Shown here piece after piece: positions 11,880-25,205 of a stretch of 64,000 nucleotides of DNA (position 1 is the stretch's first letter; each line of letters opens with the position of its first letter). Source of the DNA: Sphyrna mokarran (taxonomy: Eukaryota); NCBI GenBank assembly GCA_024679065.1, contig JAGIQG010000014.1, forward strand, positions 6,820,001 to 6,884,000. Direction: 5' to 3'. The notes beneath the pieces were generated by a model. It did not search any database. It saw only the letters and a list, made by a program, of their open reading frames with translations, and had not been told where the DNA came from. Made by a program: the position numbers and the translations under genes.

Positions 11880-12175
11880 TTCTTGCAATCAGAGTTTTGT
11901 CCTATATATGTGTTCCCTATTAATTTGACTGTGGTGCATTCGCCCCCTATCTCCGAGTTATTAACATGTATTATGAACAATTGCGGCCCCAGCACTGATC
12001 CCCATGGGAGTTCATTGGTTACTGATCGCCAAAGAGAAAAGGAAACCCTTATTCCAAGTCGTTGTTTCCTTCCCATTAGCCAGCCCTCTTTCCATGGTTT
12101 ACTGACAAGAATATCATGAGCTTTCTCTTACGACTTAACCTTGTGTGAGTTAAACTTGTCGGACGCTTTCTGCGT
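11880..12175 (-). mobile_element. Old CR1 LINE RT fragment
   Basis: ORF 11846-12076 reads RKQRLGI...SFSLWRSVTNELPWGSVLGPQLFII, a decayed PQGSVLGP motif. Confidence 0.75.
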
Positions 12176-12699
12176 TAAAACGTTGAAAACGAGTCTTGCA
12201 TCCTTCCCTAAAAGAAATATTAGTCTCAAATACTCAAATAACTCACACTATATCCGGAATCTGCTTCTTGCCATTGTGCTGTGTAACTGAAGCATTAGAT
12301 TCTTATTTAATCTTCAGTTCCTCTCGAAATACATTAACCTTGTTAATAGTTGTGATATTTGGAAATAGATTGTGGATGCATTAGTGCATTAATCTGTAGG
12401 GTTATCTATGCATGGTCGGTGCAGGCTGGGAGAGCTGCGTTCCTGTGCGGTAATTTTCTTTGTTCTTTGTTCGTTTAATACAGAGAAAAAGTGACAAAAG
12501 CCTAAATCCGTAAAGAAAAACCAGAAAATACCATGAAGACAGCGGTTTTGAAGTTTAAATCAAACTAACAAAGTTGAACTAAAATTCTGGACTGATATTC
12601 CACTATAAAACAACAAGACTGGATCATAAGTGCTTTGGCATGGCGATGCCTATGCAAGCGCTTTGAATTATTGCTGAGCACAAGTGAACAAATTGAGCA

Positions 12700-12870
12700 G
12701 TGACGGCAAAATATTGCGGACGCTGCAATCTGAAGCAATTATAGAAAATGCTCAGAAATCGTATCAGGCCTGACAGCATCTCTGGAGAGTATAGAAAACT
12801 AAGTTTATGTGTTAATTTTTCGTCGGATCTCCAGACATTATTCATTGTTTTCTGTTTTGTTTTATACACA
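12700..12870. mobile_element. Penelope-like terminal repeat remnant
   Basis: gcaaaatattgcggacgctgcaatctgaa...agaaaatgctcagaaa...caggcctgacagcatctctggagag resembles the common shark PLE terminus. No hammerhead core remains. Confidence 0.5.
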
Positions 12871-13090
12871 GAACCGACTGATTGATGTTACTTAACATTA
12901 CACAGGAAAGAGTGACAAAGAATAGATGGGATCGCACTTTACAACGACAAACCGCATATTCAATAATTTTGCAATTCGTGAAACCAATCTCTGACTATTT
13001 TATTCTTCCATGGATGTTTACACAATACAGTAAGTGCCATTAATAAATGCAAATCTCAAAGCAGTCCGAAGTTTTCTGTCGCAACCGCAA

Positions 13091-13164
13091 CTGCAAATTG
13101 CTTAGTTGGTCAAAGTGCTTGGCGAGCAAACAGGGTACCCTGAGTTCAAATCTCGGCCGTGCCT
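13091..13164 (+). pseudogene. tRNA-Thr(AGT)-like pseudogene or tRNA-derived SINE head
   Basis: gcttagttggtcaaagtgcttggcgagcaaacagggtaccctgagttcaaatctcggccgtgcct aligns without gaps to vertebrate tRNA-Thr(AGT) from position 10. A and B boxes and a following T-run are present, but the 5' acceptor strand and anticodon arm are broken. Confidence 0.65.
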
Positions 13165-14266
13165 TTTTGAATTTGTTCGAAGCATGGCGTCAAATCAAAA
13201 CAGCGACATCGAAAAAGGCAGGAAATGCTGTATAAAACTTCTGGAGGCCCATAGTCTGTTGGTACCAAATTTGTTCGTTATCCTGCCTTTTTGAATCAGT
13301 TTGGTTCCAATGTCGCACCTCCCCCGCAAATACATCTCTCCTATGTTCTTACATTTTGCTTTCATAAAGTTCCAACCTTTCTTCCGATTCACACAATTTC
13401 TTACATTGCACTGCTAAAATGAACGTTAATGCTATCATCAAAATTCCCTTTGGTTTGCGTTCCGTGATGTATTTGGGAAATCGCTGTTAGCTGTCATCTA
13501 CCACTGCACATCTTTTTTGATCCGTTATTTGCTACAGCAGGTTCATACTTATTATTTTGTTTTTGTTGCAGTCTTTTGCAAATGCACAATCAACATGTTG
13601 AATGGTTCAGCGAAAAATGTGTGAAAAGATGCAACAATTTATGTTACTGTACGTGAGATAGGAAAGACTCGGGAGAGATAAATAGTGAAATTTCTTTGAC
13701 TAAGACTCGGATTTATCTCCCGACTTACAAATCTTGCTTTTATGATTCACACAATTTAGAGCACAGTTTACTGCATTGACATTCAACCCAATCGAACACC
13801 AAATAAAACCCTTTCTGACACGCACAATCCGTCTCTGTTTTTTTGTTTCCGCAAAAAACGCAATCTTTCAAATTCGCTGAAGAAGCACTGCAGACAATGG
13901 GTGACAGCAATTGTCACATCACACACTACTAGCAAGGTGAAAGTCAGACGACTTCTAAAATGAAGACTGTCTGTATGTGAGGGAAGTGCGCTGGAGAGGA
14001 TAAACTACCAAAGATCGGAATATGAAAATAAAAGCGGGAATCATGCCTTTAGCCAGGCTGCTTCAAATTGGACATAAAACATGTAGCCTGGGGGTTCAAT
14101 GTGCTACTCAGTGCATGGGCGCTGCTTTCAATCTCAGGAAACCACAAAAAATGAGCAAGTTATTGGGTCATAACTTCCGTACAGAATCACGCCGTACGGA
14201 GATTCTGTATCGCACATACGCGTCTTATCGATACCGAAATCCAACTGTGCACTGTAAAGGCGCCAT

Positions 14267-17200
14267 GTTCAAACCTTTCGGTGCCTTGATTTAATCGCTT
14301 TCAGGATTGGAGCACTCTGCTGAAATGACTGATGAGACTGTGCGAACTTCTCTTCCTGAATGAAAAGTGATAGTTGAGGATTTATGCCTGTTTATTTGCA
14401 CTATTATCTGCTTCTGTTGAAGCGAATGGAAGAAGCATACGTATTTCAGGTCAGTTTTTTTTTCCTTTCCCGAACCACAGAAGAATCTAATTGACTGCTA
14501 AATGTTCTCTCAGGGGTCATTTGAGATGAACAGTAAATTGCATCCAAGGCCAACAGCTCCCCCAGCGCACAAATGGATCAAAACTGCTGACCTTCGTTTA
14601 TTCAATTTGCCATCATATGTATATAAGACCTGAGTCTCCCGATTGGGTGTGACGTATATACTCACTCGCTTCCTCATATTAATAATTTCTTGCAGCTATA
14701 TTGCCCACATGACGGAGCGTGTTTGGGCGCAATTGTTTATGCCTAAATTACATCTTGATTGTTATTTGTCTAGTTCAGTAATTTAACATGCACAGCCGCA
14801 GTGAAGGTCAGCCTGTGCACGATACTGAACAGGAAACATTCGTTTATTTTCTGACAAACTATTCCAAATGGAGGGGTTGAAGAAGTTTGACTGGTATCAA
14901 TCCTGCATTTCACCTTTGATTGCTGCAGCTGCCAAAATATATCAGCTATTGTGCGCTGCTCAGGAATGCAAAAACAATGTAATCTCCAGGACCAAGCGAT
15001 TAATCATCTGAGTAAACTGCGCCTATTGACATTCTGCAGATTCTGAATTGTTTTCAGGTCAATGCATGTGACGAATTATGATCAGATGATGCATACGAGC
15101 AGAACTACAAAAGGATAAACGCAGACTACTTGGATGAACTGATGGATCGGAGACAAATGATAAAGAGCGGAAAGATTATATTCATTTTAAGCTCTTACAT
15201 TTGGCATTGAATCAGGAAATGACATTATGCCTCAAGAATCATCAGGTGACATCTGCCGTGTGCAAATATCTGTGGTCTGATGCTGCCCGTGTTCGAACGC
15301 GGCAGTTGTAGTGGAAGGCACTAACTCTGTGTTACACAGCAACTGTAGTGTAAGTCAATCCACACAATAAAGCAGTATCTGGTCTGAAATAATTGCTGCA
15401 GTTTTAGAGGAAACCGCAGTGTCCGGTAGTACTTGTGGTGCAATGCTGTAGCTGTGGTGTAAGGTATAACCAGTTAAAGCACATGTGATTTAAGTCTAAC
15501 CCAGCAGTTTCAGGGGATAACTAATGTGCAACGCAGAACTGTGGTGTAAGGTATTAACTTTCGTGCAAGGCAGCATCTGTGATATAAGTCAGTATCTGTG
15601 GTCCAAAATGGAACATGTGGTGTAAGATACTTCCTGCGGTTTTAGATATATCTGTGGCGCAAGGCTGCATATCTGTAGTTGGCGGCACCAGTTGTATAAA
15701 CCTTTGAAACAGAGCAGTATCTGCAATTTCTGAAGACGAGGCAGTTCCTCTGGTGAAGGCAGTGTCTATGGGGTGAGGTGTCGTCCGACCGTGTAAGACA
15801 GTACCATCTATGTGACATCGTTACTGCTCTGTAAGGAATGTTGTACAGTGAAGACAGCATTTGCATTTGCAAGGTATACCTGTGGTGTAAAGCAGTTCGT
15901 GCAGTGTAAGGATGTGAGTATAGTGCAATACAATACCTTCGGTGCAATCACTTCCTGCGCTGGCATAAGCTCCAGTAGTGTAAGGCAGAAGCTATGATGT
16001 AAGCAAGTATCTTGTGCATAAGACAGCATCTGTCTTTGTAACCCAAAAACAGCGGTGTAAGGCACTACTTGCCTGGGTACAATCCAGGTCAGGTATTTCA
16101 TGTGTTTTATGAAGTCACAAAACCGTATGTTTGCATTCTGAATTTGGTGCGGATAGCCATGAGATGACTTCAGATATGAATTAAACGACAGACCGGTGAG
16201 CTTTTATCACACAAATTTAATTCCAAAATACAGTTAACAGAAAGAAAATTAGCAGTAACTTTCACGAATCGCAAACAATAACAGAAACAACCATGATTTG
16301 TCAAACTTCACAGCATAATGTGCGTACCAACACAACATACTTACCAACATATGCACCTAATTTCGATTTAACACAGAAAATATAAATGCTGAATGATGTT
16401 TCAGCTCTGCTACACATGTGGCTGTTACTCCTTTGGATGGAGAAATGAAATAATGCCTTCTGCATTCGGAGACTCCCACACTCGAGGTGGATATAGTGCC
16501 ACTGCTTTCCTCCAGCTAATGAAACACGAACAGCACGATGTTCATGCTGAAAAGTACGAAAGTCTATTTCCACTAGCCAGCAGAATTTTTAATACCAGGT
16601 ACGGACAAACCAGCAAGCGAAACAGAAAGTGAAAGAATTCCTGCGAGGAAAAAATAAAACTCTTCCGCTTGTCCTATCAAAAATCTGCCCCCAATAATTC
16701 CAAAATTGCCATAACCTCCATGAGAATGCATTAGGCCTAGATTGAAAATAAATAAATAAACAATTTAATAAGTTAAGGAAGAATTAAATGACATTTAGGA
16801 GGCGGCTCAATGCCAGCTTATTACTGCAGAGAACATGATTAAATTGCATTTCTTAAAGCACAGTAGCGTCTCTTATGCATTATTAAACGTTCCTTGAGGT
16901 GCAAAGTGTATCGGTAGCAGAACACAAAACTTGTGGTTTCAGGTAGCAGCTGCGGTATAAGACAGTAACCGCTTTGTAAGGGAGTATCTATGGTGAAAGG
17001 CAGTAGCTGTGGAGCTATGTTGTGCTTGCAGTGCAGGGCATTACCTATGGTGTAAAGCAGTAGCTATGTTGCAAGGAAGTAGATTCAGAGTAAGACAGCA
17101 TTTATGATGTAAGGAAACGTCTGTGGTTTAACACATCAGCTGTGGTATAGAAAGCAACTGAGGTGTAAGGCAATAACTGTGCTGCAAACCAATTCCCGTA

Positions 17201-18620
17201 GTGAAGAAAGTACCTGCAGCCTACGGAAGTAATTGTCGTGAAAGGAAAAAGCTGTGGAGTAAGGCCTCCACAGTACCTGTGTGCTGGTGACGACAGTACC
17301 CTTGTGTAAGGAAGTGTCTGAGATGAAGTCATTCCCCGCGGTGTAAGGTAGTGTCATTGGTGTCGTTCTTGCACTGTAATGCAGTTCCTGGAGTAAAGAC
17401 AATATACGCTTTGAAAGGTAGTACTTGCGGTATGAAGTAGTACATGTTGGTGGAGGGCAGTACTTACAATGAAGGCAGCCACTACGCTGAAGGCATACTT
17501 ATGGTGGAAAGCATGCCATTGCTGTAGTGGAGAGTAAATAAAAAATATTTGTGGTAGACCGCAGCACCTAAAATGAAAGGTGATATGTATGGTGTAAGAA
17601 AGTAGCTTCAGTTTAGATCCTGTTGTGTAACTGATGAAGTTCAGGGTAGTACCTATGGGTTACATAGACACTGCGGATTTAAGCAACGCATGCAGTGTGA
17701 GTTAGTTCCTTTAGAGTCAGTGAGTACCTGCAGAGTAAAGCAGAACCTGTGGCATAAGGCAGTAGCTGCAACACCTGTTGTGAAAATCATTAGCTGTAGT
17801 GCAAGGCAGTATCTGTTGTGCAATAAAATTCCAGGCGTGAGGCGGTATCGTTTTTTGCAAGGTAGTAGCCTCGGTGTGAAAACTGTTGTACTTTGCGGTA
17901 TCAGTGGTTCAAGGTCGTACCTGCGGTGTAAGGCAAAACAATCGGTGTAAGACATATTTGTTGTATAAGGAAGAACATGAGAGGAATGGCAGTAGCTGTG
18001 CTGCGTTGGATAGCCTGTGCGTATGACACAACCTGTGGTGCGAGACAGACTTTGAAATATAATGTAATACGGTTTCCGGCACTAGCTGCTGGGTAAGCAG
18101 TTGCCTGCGCTGTACATGTTGTACCTGTTGTGTGAAACAGGTACAAGTGTGAAACAGTATCTTTGGTGCAGGGCCGCATCTGTGGTGTAATGCAGAGTCC
18201 GCGGTTCAAGGTAATACCTGCGGTGAAATGTGGTACCTGTGTTGTACGGCAGTCCGTGGTACAAGGCCGCCACTGTGGTTTAAGGGAGAAACTGTGTTGT
18301 ACGCATTGCCTGCGATGTAAGGCAGTGACGTGTAAGGTAGTGCTGCGGTATCAGTCAGAAGTCGCAGCATAAAGCAGTAGTGTGATTCAAGATAGTGCCT
18401 GCAGTGCAGGACGATTCCTGTCATGCAATAAATCACCTGTGCTGGAAGGTGGTTCATCAGGTTTAAGGCTGTACCTGCGGTGAGACTGCGGAGAAAGTAT
18501 AAGATAGTCCCTGTGGTGTGAGCAACACGTACTTGTAATGTTGCACCTGTAGTGTAGTCAGTATCTGCGGTGTAGACAGTAGCTATGGTGCAACACAGTT
18601 CCTATTGTTTAAGATAGCAC
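14267..18620. repeat. Segmental duplication block, copy B (gene-less unit), including 19-bp minisatellite blocks ~15240-16080 and ~16900-18620
   Basis: Colinear with 1-4546 and ends abruptly at ttaagatagcac (18620). Confidence 0.9.
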
Positions 18621-18654
18621 ACCACTAGTGACCGACCTCCAGCTAGAGAAACAA

Positions 18655-19445
18655 ATCTTACAAAGATGAACAACGAGAACAAAGAGCAACACAGCACGGA
18701 AACAGGCCCTTCTGTCCCAACTACCCACACGCCGCTAACGTCTCATGACTATCCTTTCTTTTAGGCATGCCTATTGTTGAAGATTCCCATATAGGGACAA
18801 TATAGTGCAATTTGTACCCATCACTAAGAGCAATTTTTGGGAGGTGGGAGCATACCGGAGGCACCCGGAGGAAACCACGCAACCACGGTGAGAACGCGCA
18901 AACTCCCGCAGACACAGGCCCAAATCCATGTGTCAGCACAGCAACAGCGATAGTCTCTGAGCTGTTATGTTGCCCATCAGATGGTCCAGTTTAAGCATAC
19001 ATTGACGACGTGAAGCACTAGGCAACTCCTGGAGCAACCTCCAAGAGCAGCTCTCGCACGACATGCCGCATGCATGCCCCTTGTTGGTCAACAAGGTGGA
19101 CCGAATTGCCTGCGGAAACAAATAAGACTTAATTAAACATGCTAAAAAAAAATTAAGACATTCCCGAGATGAAACTAAAAGATAGTCTACTACTATTTGG
19201 TCCTCCCGATATTCAAACAGTCCTGCTATATCCCTCTATCTGCAGACCGCTCATGTGGCTGTCCAAGAGACCCTTAAACAACCCTAGCGTGCCTGCTCCC
19301 ACCACCTTACTCGGCAGTGCATTCCACACCCCCACTATCCTTTGTGTGAAAAACTGGCCTCTAATATTCGTCTTAAACATAGCCCCCCTCACCCTGAGCC
19401 CATGACCCCTCGTTCTATCCATTTCTAATGGTGGAAAAAGCTTAC
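18655..19445 (-). mobile_element. CR1 family-B-related LINE 3' end with V-SINE-containing 3' UTR (diverged subfamily), next to a 30-bp internal RT fragment at 18621-18650
   Basis: ORF 19213-19527 contains RTRGHGLRVRG...FFTQRIVGVWNALP. The 3' UTR is homologous to 57600-58150. Confidence 0.85.
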
Positions 19446-19449
19446 CATT

Positions 19450-22400
19450 TACTGGAATCTTCGCAGGTTCCAGTGTAGTGACGACAGGACAATGAGGCTT
19501 GCAGGTGGACGATGGCAATATTCTCATGTTTTTTTTTTAAATGCCTTTGTGCTTGACACTACCCATTCCTCTCAAATGCTGATGAAATTGTGGCAATTAC
19601 ACTTTTTCAGGATCAGAGGTCCTGGGGAAATGTCTTGTACGATGCATTGTCAATTTTAAAGTCCTGAATGATAAATTGCAAGGCACTCTTGAAACATTTC
19701 TTCTGAGCGCCACTGAAGCGTCGTCTATTATTCAGTTCAGCATTGAAGATTTGAGAAGGAATTAGTTGTCTGGCATTCTGGCTGTTGCTTCAACTCATCA
19801 GAGCAGCTTTTTCTAATAACATTGCGAAAATCCTGACCATACCGCATCTTCCGAGTACCTGTGTGTCTGGGAATTTGTCCTGCGTCTTGATTTTGTGACG
19901 TTTGTTGAGGCAGCAAATATAGAAGAGGTGAATTTCACTGTGCGTCAGTTGTAGCCGGTCCAGGTCTCATTCGTGCAGAGAAGAATGGAGATTGTGCTTG
20001 TTCAGTCGACACTGAACACGGCATTTAGCCTCACCTCTCAACGCCCGGTAATGAATAGCAACGTGTTAACAATTCTGGCATTGGGCTCCTCACCCATCTG
20101 AACATACTGTGTGGAAGTGCTGCGTAGTTGGATGAACTTCTCCACAGGTCGCAATTTCTATTTGTTCACTCTTAGTACGAGCTCTTAATAGAGTTTTATT
20201 TGCAGCCGGTTGAAACATGCTTTCTGTCTTCTTTGTACTGAGGGCAAGACAGAACTTATTGCATGGAGCAGATCGATTATGCATTGCTCACTGAAAGCAT
20301 TTAGTGCAAGTTGAAATTCGTGTAGTTTATCATGGAGGAACTTCGTCTTGACTTGGCGGCGTCGCAACTTGAAAATCTGGCTGCTTAATCCATAGTTGAT
20401 TTCTGTGCCTAATCTTTCTCTCGATGGCCTAAGTGCACACGGCTAAGGTCATGATGCTCAGGAGGACCAGTGCCAGTATGCAGCAGTGTTACATTCCATT
20501 GATGACAGTGAACGGGGCCGAAATCACATTGTCAAGGTGGAGACGGTCCTGCATGCCATTGTGCAACTGTCGAACCATCTGATTGAGTTATTTTGGATAC
20601 ACAAACTTGCTCATAATCTTCCAGAGCCCTTCGCTGCATACAATGTCGAAGCCTTGGCTCGATCGATGAATTTGGTGCATTGTTCTGCATTTTGTTTTGA
20701 ACGCTTCTGCTGCATTTGGCGAGGAACACAGACCATGTTGATGGTTTCAATTCCTTCTTTTCCCTGACCCACACTGGCCTCCCGGAAACAACACTGCTCC
20801 GATGAATTGGTTTAGAAAATTTTTTGCAAAGTCCTGTCCGGAAATATTCAGCACATCTAATCAGTTGTGTTTGTCACGGCATTGGAGTTCTACTTTACGG
20901 TTGCAGATGTGAGCAAAGAAGTAGTCATTAAAATATTGTGGAAGGACCTTTTGCTCCCATGTGAACTTCAGAGCTGGCTGTGCTTTCTGAGCCTCTATGA
21001 TGCACCATATCTATAGATGTTTGCTGGAATTTGATCGGCTTCAGGGGTTTTGTCGTTTCATAATTGCTCTTCACCTTTCTCACTTTCAAACAGTGTTGGT
21101 GCATTGCCAAGACAAGTGCAGGTATTGACCTGGGAATGTTTATTTATTGCTTCAAGATCAATATAAGATGGTTAATTGAGGATATTTTTGAAAGCCACAC
21201 CCATGTCTAACAACAGAAATTATACTTTGAATAGTATCGTCTCAAAAACGCTGCAATATCAGAGAACAATTTTCTGGGTGAGCCCCAAAGAACATCATGA
21301 CAGATTCGTAGTTGTGCCTCATGTTTGTTAGTTTTTTTTTTTGGTCAACAAGGCTTGTGCTACATCTGTCTTTTGTCTCAGCCACTTGCCCTGCATCTCA
21401 TGTCGTCTGCCTGGGACAGTGCTGTGAATGGCGTGATAAACAGTTCTTTTTCCCTCCGGATTTTCCTTTAGGAATATTCTGTACAATTGACGATTTTCTT
21501 CAAAAGGGTGCCGGATTTCAGGGCCACTTTCATCAAAACAGTCCTAGTGTCTTCTTCTTGTGCGACCCAATAACTTTTAAGCTGTGGCGTACACAGTCTC
21601 CCGTCAGAAACCCCAAAGCTCCTTATCGTCGGGTTTCTGCAGGTGCCTTGGTTCCTTGGTGAGTTGCAGTTGAATGTAGTCCATCTTCAAGCTTGAGATT
21701 TTCAATAGTTCAGTCTTCGTATTCCCTTGAGGGCGTCACTTTATTTCCATCTTCAGACAAGCTTTGGAAATAATATATATGTTCTCAATACAACAGCCGG
21801 TGCCATTCATGGTCTAAATCATGTTTACATCCTGCCTGAGATCCCTCCTGACAATTATGTAGTTCATGAGAATCCAATGGCCAGTTTTCACGTCCACTCT
21901 GTCAGGATGTCTGAATTTGACATGGGAGCCAGAAAACTGCACTGGTGAACAGAAGTTCATGATCAGCGTTGAATTGTAAGCATAGCAGACCATTGTTGTT
22001 GCTTTTGCCAAATGCGTTTTTCAGTAACAGACCTCCCTAAGTCTGTGCTGATTCCGGCATTAAAGTTATCAATTTTGCTCAGCTTGTCGTTGTCGCTATA
22101 GTCAGGGAGTTGGGTCTTCACAGAATCCGCATTTGATGAATTCAGGATTGGTTCCCATGGGAGTGAAAACACTGATGATATATATATTGTCTTTTTTTTT
22201 TGCTCCCTGCCAGCCATTATGATCTTGGATGACATGAGATAGTGTAGAAGGCTGGTCAAAATGTTCACCAGTTCATTTTTTTGTGCTAAACTCCCTCCAG
22301 CCTTGGGAATGTCCTTTTTGGTTTAACTATTCCAAATTTGCTCAATGCGGCAATGCCAACTTTGAATTGGGATGGACCTCTGCCAAGGAGGTCAGTTTTT

Positions 22401-22950
22401 TTTTCTGTTCTGGTCTGTCACATGGATATTGTGCAAGAGAATGCGTGCCTACCTTGTACCAAAGTGAGATTTATCACATTTGTTTTCTTTCTCTCTTTGA
22501 TATTGCTGCCTCTAAACTGCAGGTACGCCAAAGCGGTTTTTGAAATTCAGGCAATCTTTTGGGGAACCTTCCTAGCTTTTGGTGTCTTTGAGCAGTGTTG
22601 CCTTGAAAAGGGCTGCTCAATCTCTCAACGCTTTCAAGGCTACTTCACTTCAGTGAAAGATTACCCCATCGACTAAGCCACCTATATGCAGATTCACCGC
22701 TGCAGTTATCAATGTATTATTGAAACTGCTCTGTCCCTTACTCCACGGCGTTTGGGATTTGGATGATAGAAATATGGAGACGATTTGCGCGAGGATTTGA
22801 TTTAAGTGAAGGACAGTTGCCTCACATTCTATTCCTGCATCCATTGGCAGCATAGATCCCAGATGGCTGGAGAAAATCGGGGCGCACTAGGTGATCTTCT
22901 TGTGTCTGGTTTTGCTCATCGTGCTCCAAAACACTTTGTTTTTCATTCTG
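19450..22950 (-). mobile_element. Fossil near-full-length RTE-clade (BovB/RTE-1-like) LINE
   Basis: Frameshifted pieces of APE endonuclease (HWILMNYIIVRRDLRQDV, FNAGISTD), RT (region encoding QCGF...DMVF..RQ.QEK-like sequence) and C-terminus (QDKFPDTQVL). Confidence 0.8.
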
Positions 22951-23079
22951 TTGAATCGTTTCTTCCAGTTTCTTCTTGCAGTTAGCAAGACGTCGCACTG
23001 TCAGGCAGGCTCGCCATGTTTCCCAGTAGACTTCAGCACATCTCACCTGTTTTATCCCATTCGCAGAATTTATTTACCG

Positions 23080-23326
23080 TGCTATGGAAGCGGCCGCGTT
23101 GGATTTCTGGCATGGGTCACTTTACATGTGGTCTCTGCACATTCTCCCATCTCTTCTTGTGTTTCCTTCTGTCTTCTTCGCACTGTCAGAAAGTTTACTG
23201 CTTTGGCGATGCTAACTTTTCCTTCAGATGAGCTGCATAAGCACTGGAGTATGGCGACTTGGGAATTTTGATCGTCACTTCATCGCAGAGTCAATGTTAG
23301 CCGACATGTGACACTAATAAATAAAC
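23080..23326 (+). mobile_element. Decayed HE1/V-SINE
   Basis: gggtcact...ctgcacattctccc...gtttcc V-domain and 3' end ggcgact.ggga.tttt...acttcat.gcag...gtgacactaataaataaac. Paralog at 52235-52510. Confidence 0.65.
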
Positions 23327-23659
23327 AGAGCTTAATCTTAATTTCAGTAGCTAATTGGAGCCTAAGGTGAGACATGAGTGCCACATGGTGTCCACTGCAC
23401 GTGATCCGCTCCAAAAATGACGCAACGTGTTTCCCGATTGAGGTATGGACCTTTCTCCTGTCATCATTTACACCACAAAATGCAATTAGAGTAGTTTATC
23501 TTCTCTGAACTACTTCTAAAGTATCCGCACTTTCGTTTGATAAGGAGGGCACTTTGTGGTTTGCACAACTGAGAAATTTACAGAATGATCTTTCTTCTGT
23601 AAACTCTGTCCCAACAGTATTATAAAATATTCCTATTCACGAACTCCATTTCCATGTCA

Positions 23660-24020
23660 TTGTAGATTCCCATTTCTTTAAACAGAAGAACAAGTGGGAG
23701 GAGTACGCAATTTAGCTCCTCGAACATGCTCTGCCGTTCAATACAATCATGACTAAACTTATCAGTCTTAACTCCACTTTCCAGACATTTCTTTACAAAT
23801 TTTCAACACTTTATTAATCATGAAAAAATTTCCCGCTTAAACGCATTCGCTGTCCCGCGATCCACCGCATTTATGTGCAGTGAATTCTACAGATTCACGA
23901 TGCGTTGAGAAGATTAATTACACCTCACCTTTGCTTAAACTTTGTTACCCTTTAGCCGAACAGTAAGACCTCTCGTTCTAGCCTGTCTCTTCATTAGAAG
24001 CACCATTTCCACCTCTACGT
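23660..24020 (-). mobile_element. Old CR1 LINE 3' end
   Basis: ggagtacgcaatttagctcctcgaacatgctctgccgttcaata...gaattctacagattcacga resembles a reverse-oriented CR1 terminus. Paralog at 52870-53190. Confidence 0.55.
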
Positions 24021-24457
24021 TGTAAATTTCTAATGTTGATGTGCGTCATAGAGAGACAGTGAGGTACAAAGTTATGACGTATAACTTTTAGTATCATGGT
24101 TTGTTTAATATAATTATATGATTCTTAAAATTCACTCCATATAATACCAATTTGTATTCTCTTTTCCAATATCGAAAATATACCTCAGTCTATTCTCTTC
24201 CCACTGCCAAGCAGATCAACTTGTTGTTCGAAAGTTACTTTTAATTCTGAATAATACAACTGGAAGTCAACCAGTTGCTGTATTTTTTCTCCTTTAACGT
24301 TTCTGTGAATAAAATTGCGTATTACAAAGCATTTATTCTGCAAAGTTATCAAACAATTCGGTTTCTTTTTTAAATAAATTGCAATATTTATTCTGAAATT
24401 GACCCATATGCTGATTCTGTTCTAGACTTTGTTTATTTGAAATGCATATTCTTCATA

Positions 24458-25205
24458 TGTGTAGAGTATAGGGCTAATGGTAGGGCTCTTAATAGTGTTG
24501 AGGAACAGAAGGATCTTGGTGTATGTGTCAATAGATCCCTGAAAGTAGGCAGTCAAGTGGATAAAGTTGTTAAGAAGGCATATGGAGTCTTAGCTTTTAT
24601 TGGTAGGGGGATTGAATTTAGGAGCCGCAGCATCATGTTGCAACTGTACAAAACTCTAGTGCGGCCGCACTTGGAGTATTGTGTGCAGTTCTGGTCGCCA
24701 CATTATAAGAAAGATGTGGAGGCATTGGAGAGGGTACAGAGGAGGTTTACCAGGATGTTGCCTGGTATGGAGGGCAGGTCCTATGAAGAGAGGTTGAAGG
24801 ATTTGAGGTTGTTTTCGTTAGAAAGGAGGCGGCTAAGAGGGGATCTTATTGAAGCATATAAGATGATTAGAGGTTTAGATAGGGTGGACAGTGATAGCCT
24901 TTTTCCTAGGATGGAGAAAGCTAGCACGAGGGGACACAGCTTTAAATTAAGGGGTATGAGTTATAGGACGGATATCAGAGGTAGGTTCTTTACTCAAAGA
25001 GTGATTAGGGAGTGGAATGCCCTGCCTGCAGCTGTTGTAGATGCGCCAAGTTTGGTGGCGTTTAAGAGGTTAATTGATAAGTATATGGAAGAGAAGGGAA
25101 TGGTTTAGTTTGGAGGGGCATTGCTTTTTATTTTGGTCGGCACAACATCGAAGGCCGAAGGGCCTGTTCTGTGCTGTATTGTTCGATGTTCTATGTTCTA
25201 TGTTC
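24458..25205 (+). mobile_element. Young 5'-truncated CR1-type LINE (family A), intact RT C-terminal ORF
   Basis: LYKTLVRPHLEYCVQFWSPHYKKDVEALERVQRRFTRM...FFTQRVIREWNALP, with a (ctatgtt)n tail. Empty site in paralog at ~54735. Confidence 0.95.

Noticed and set aside
13091-13164. Functional tRNA gene
   Set aside because: The acceptor stem cannot pair, and the anticodon stem and loop are mutated.
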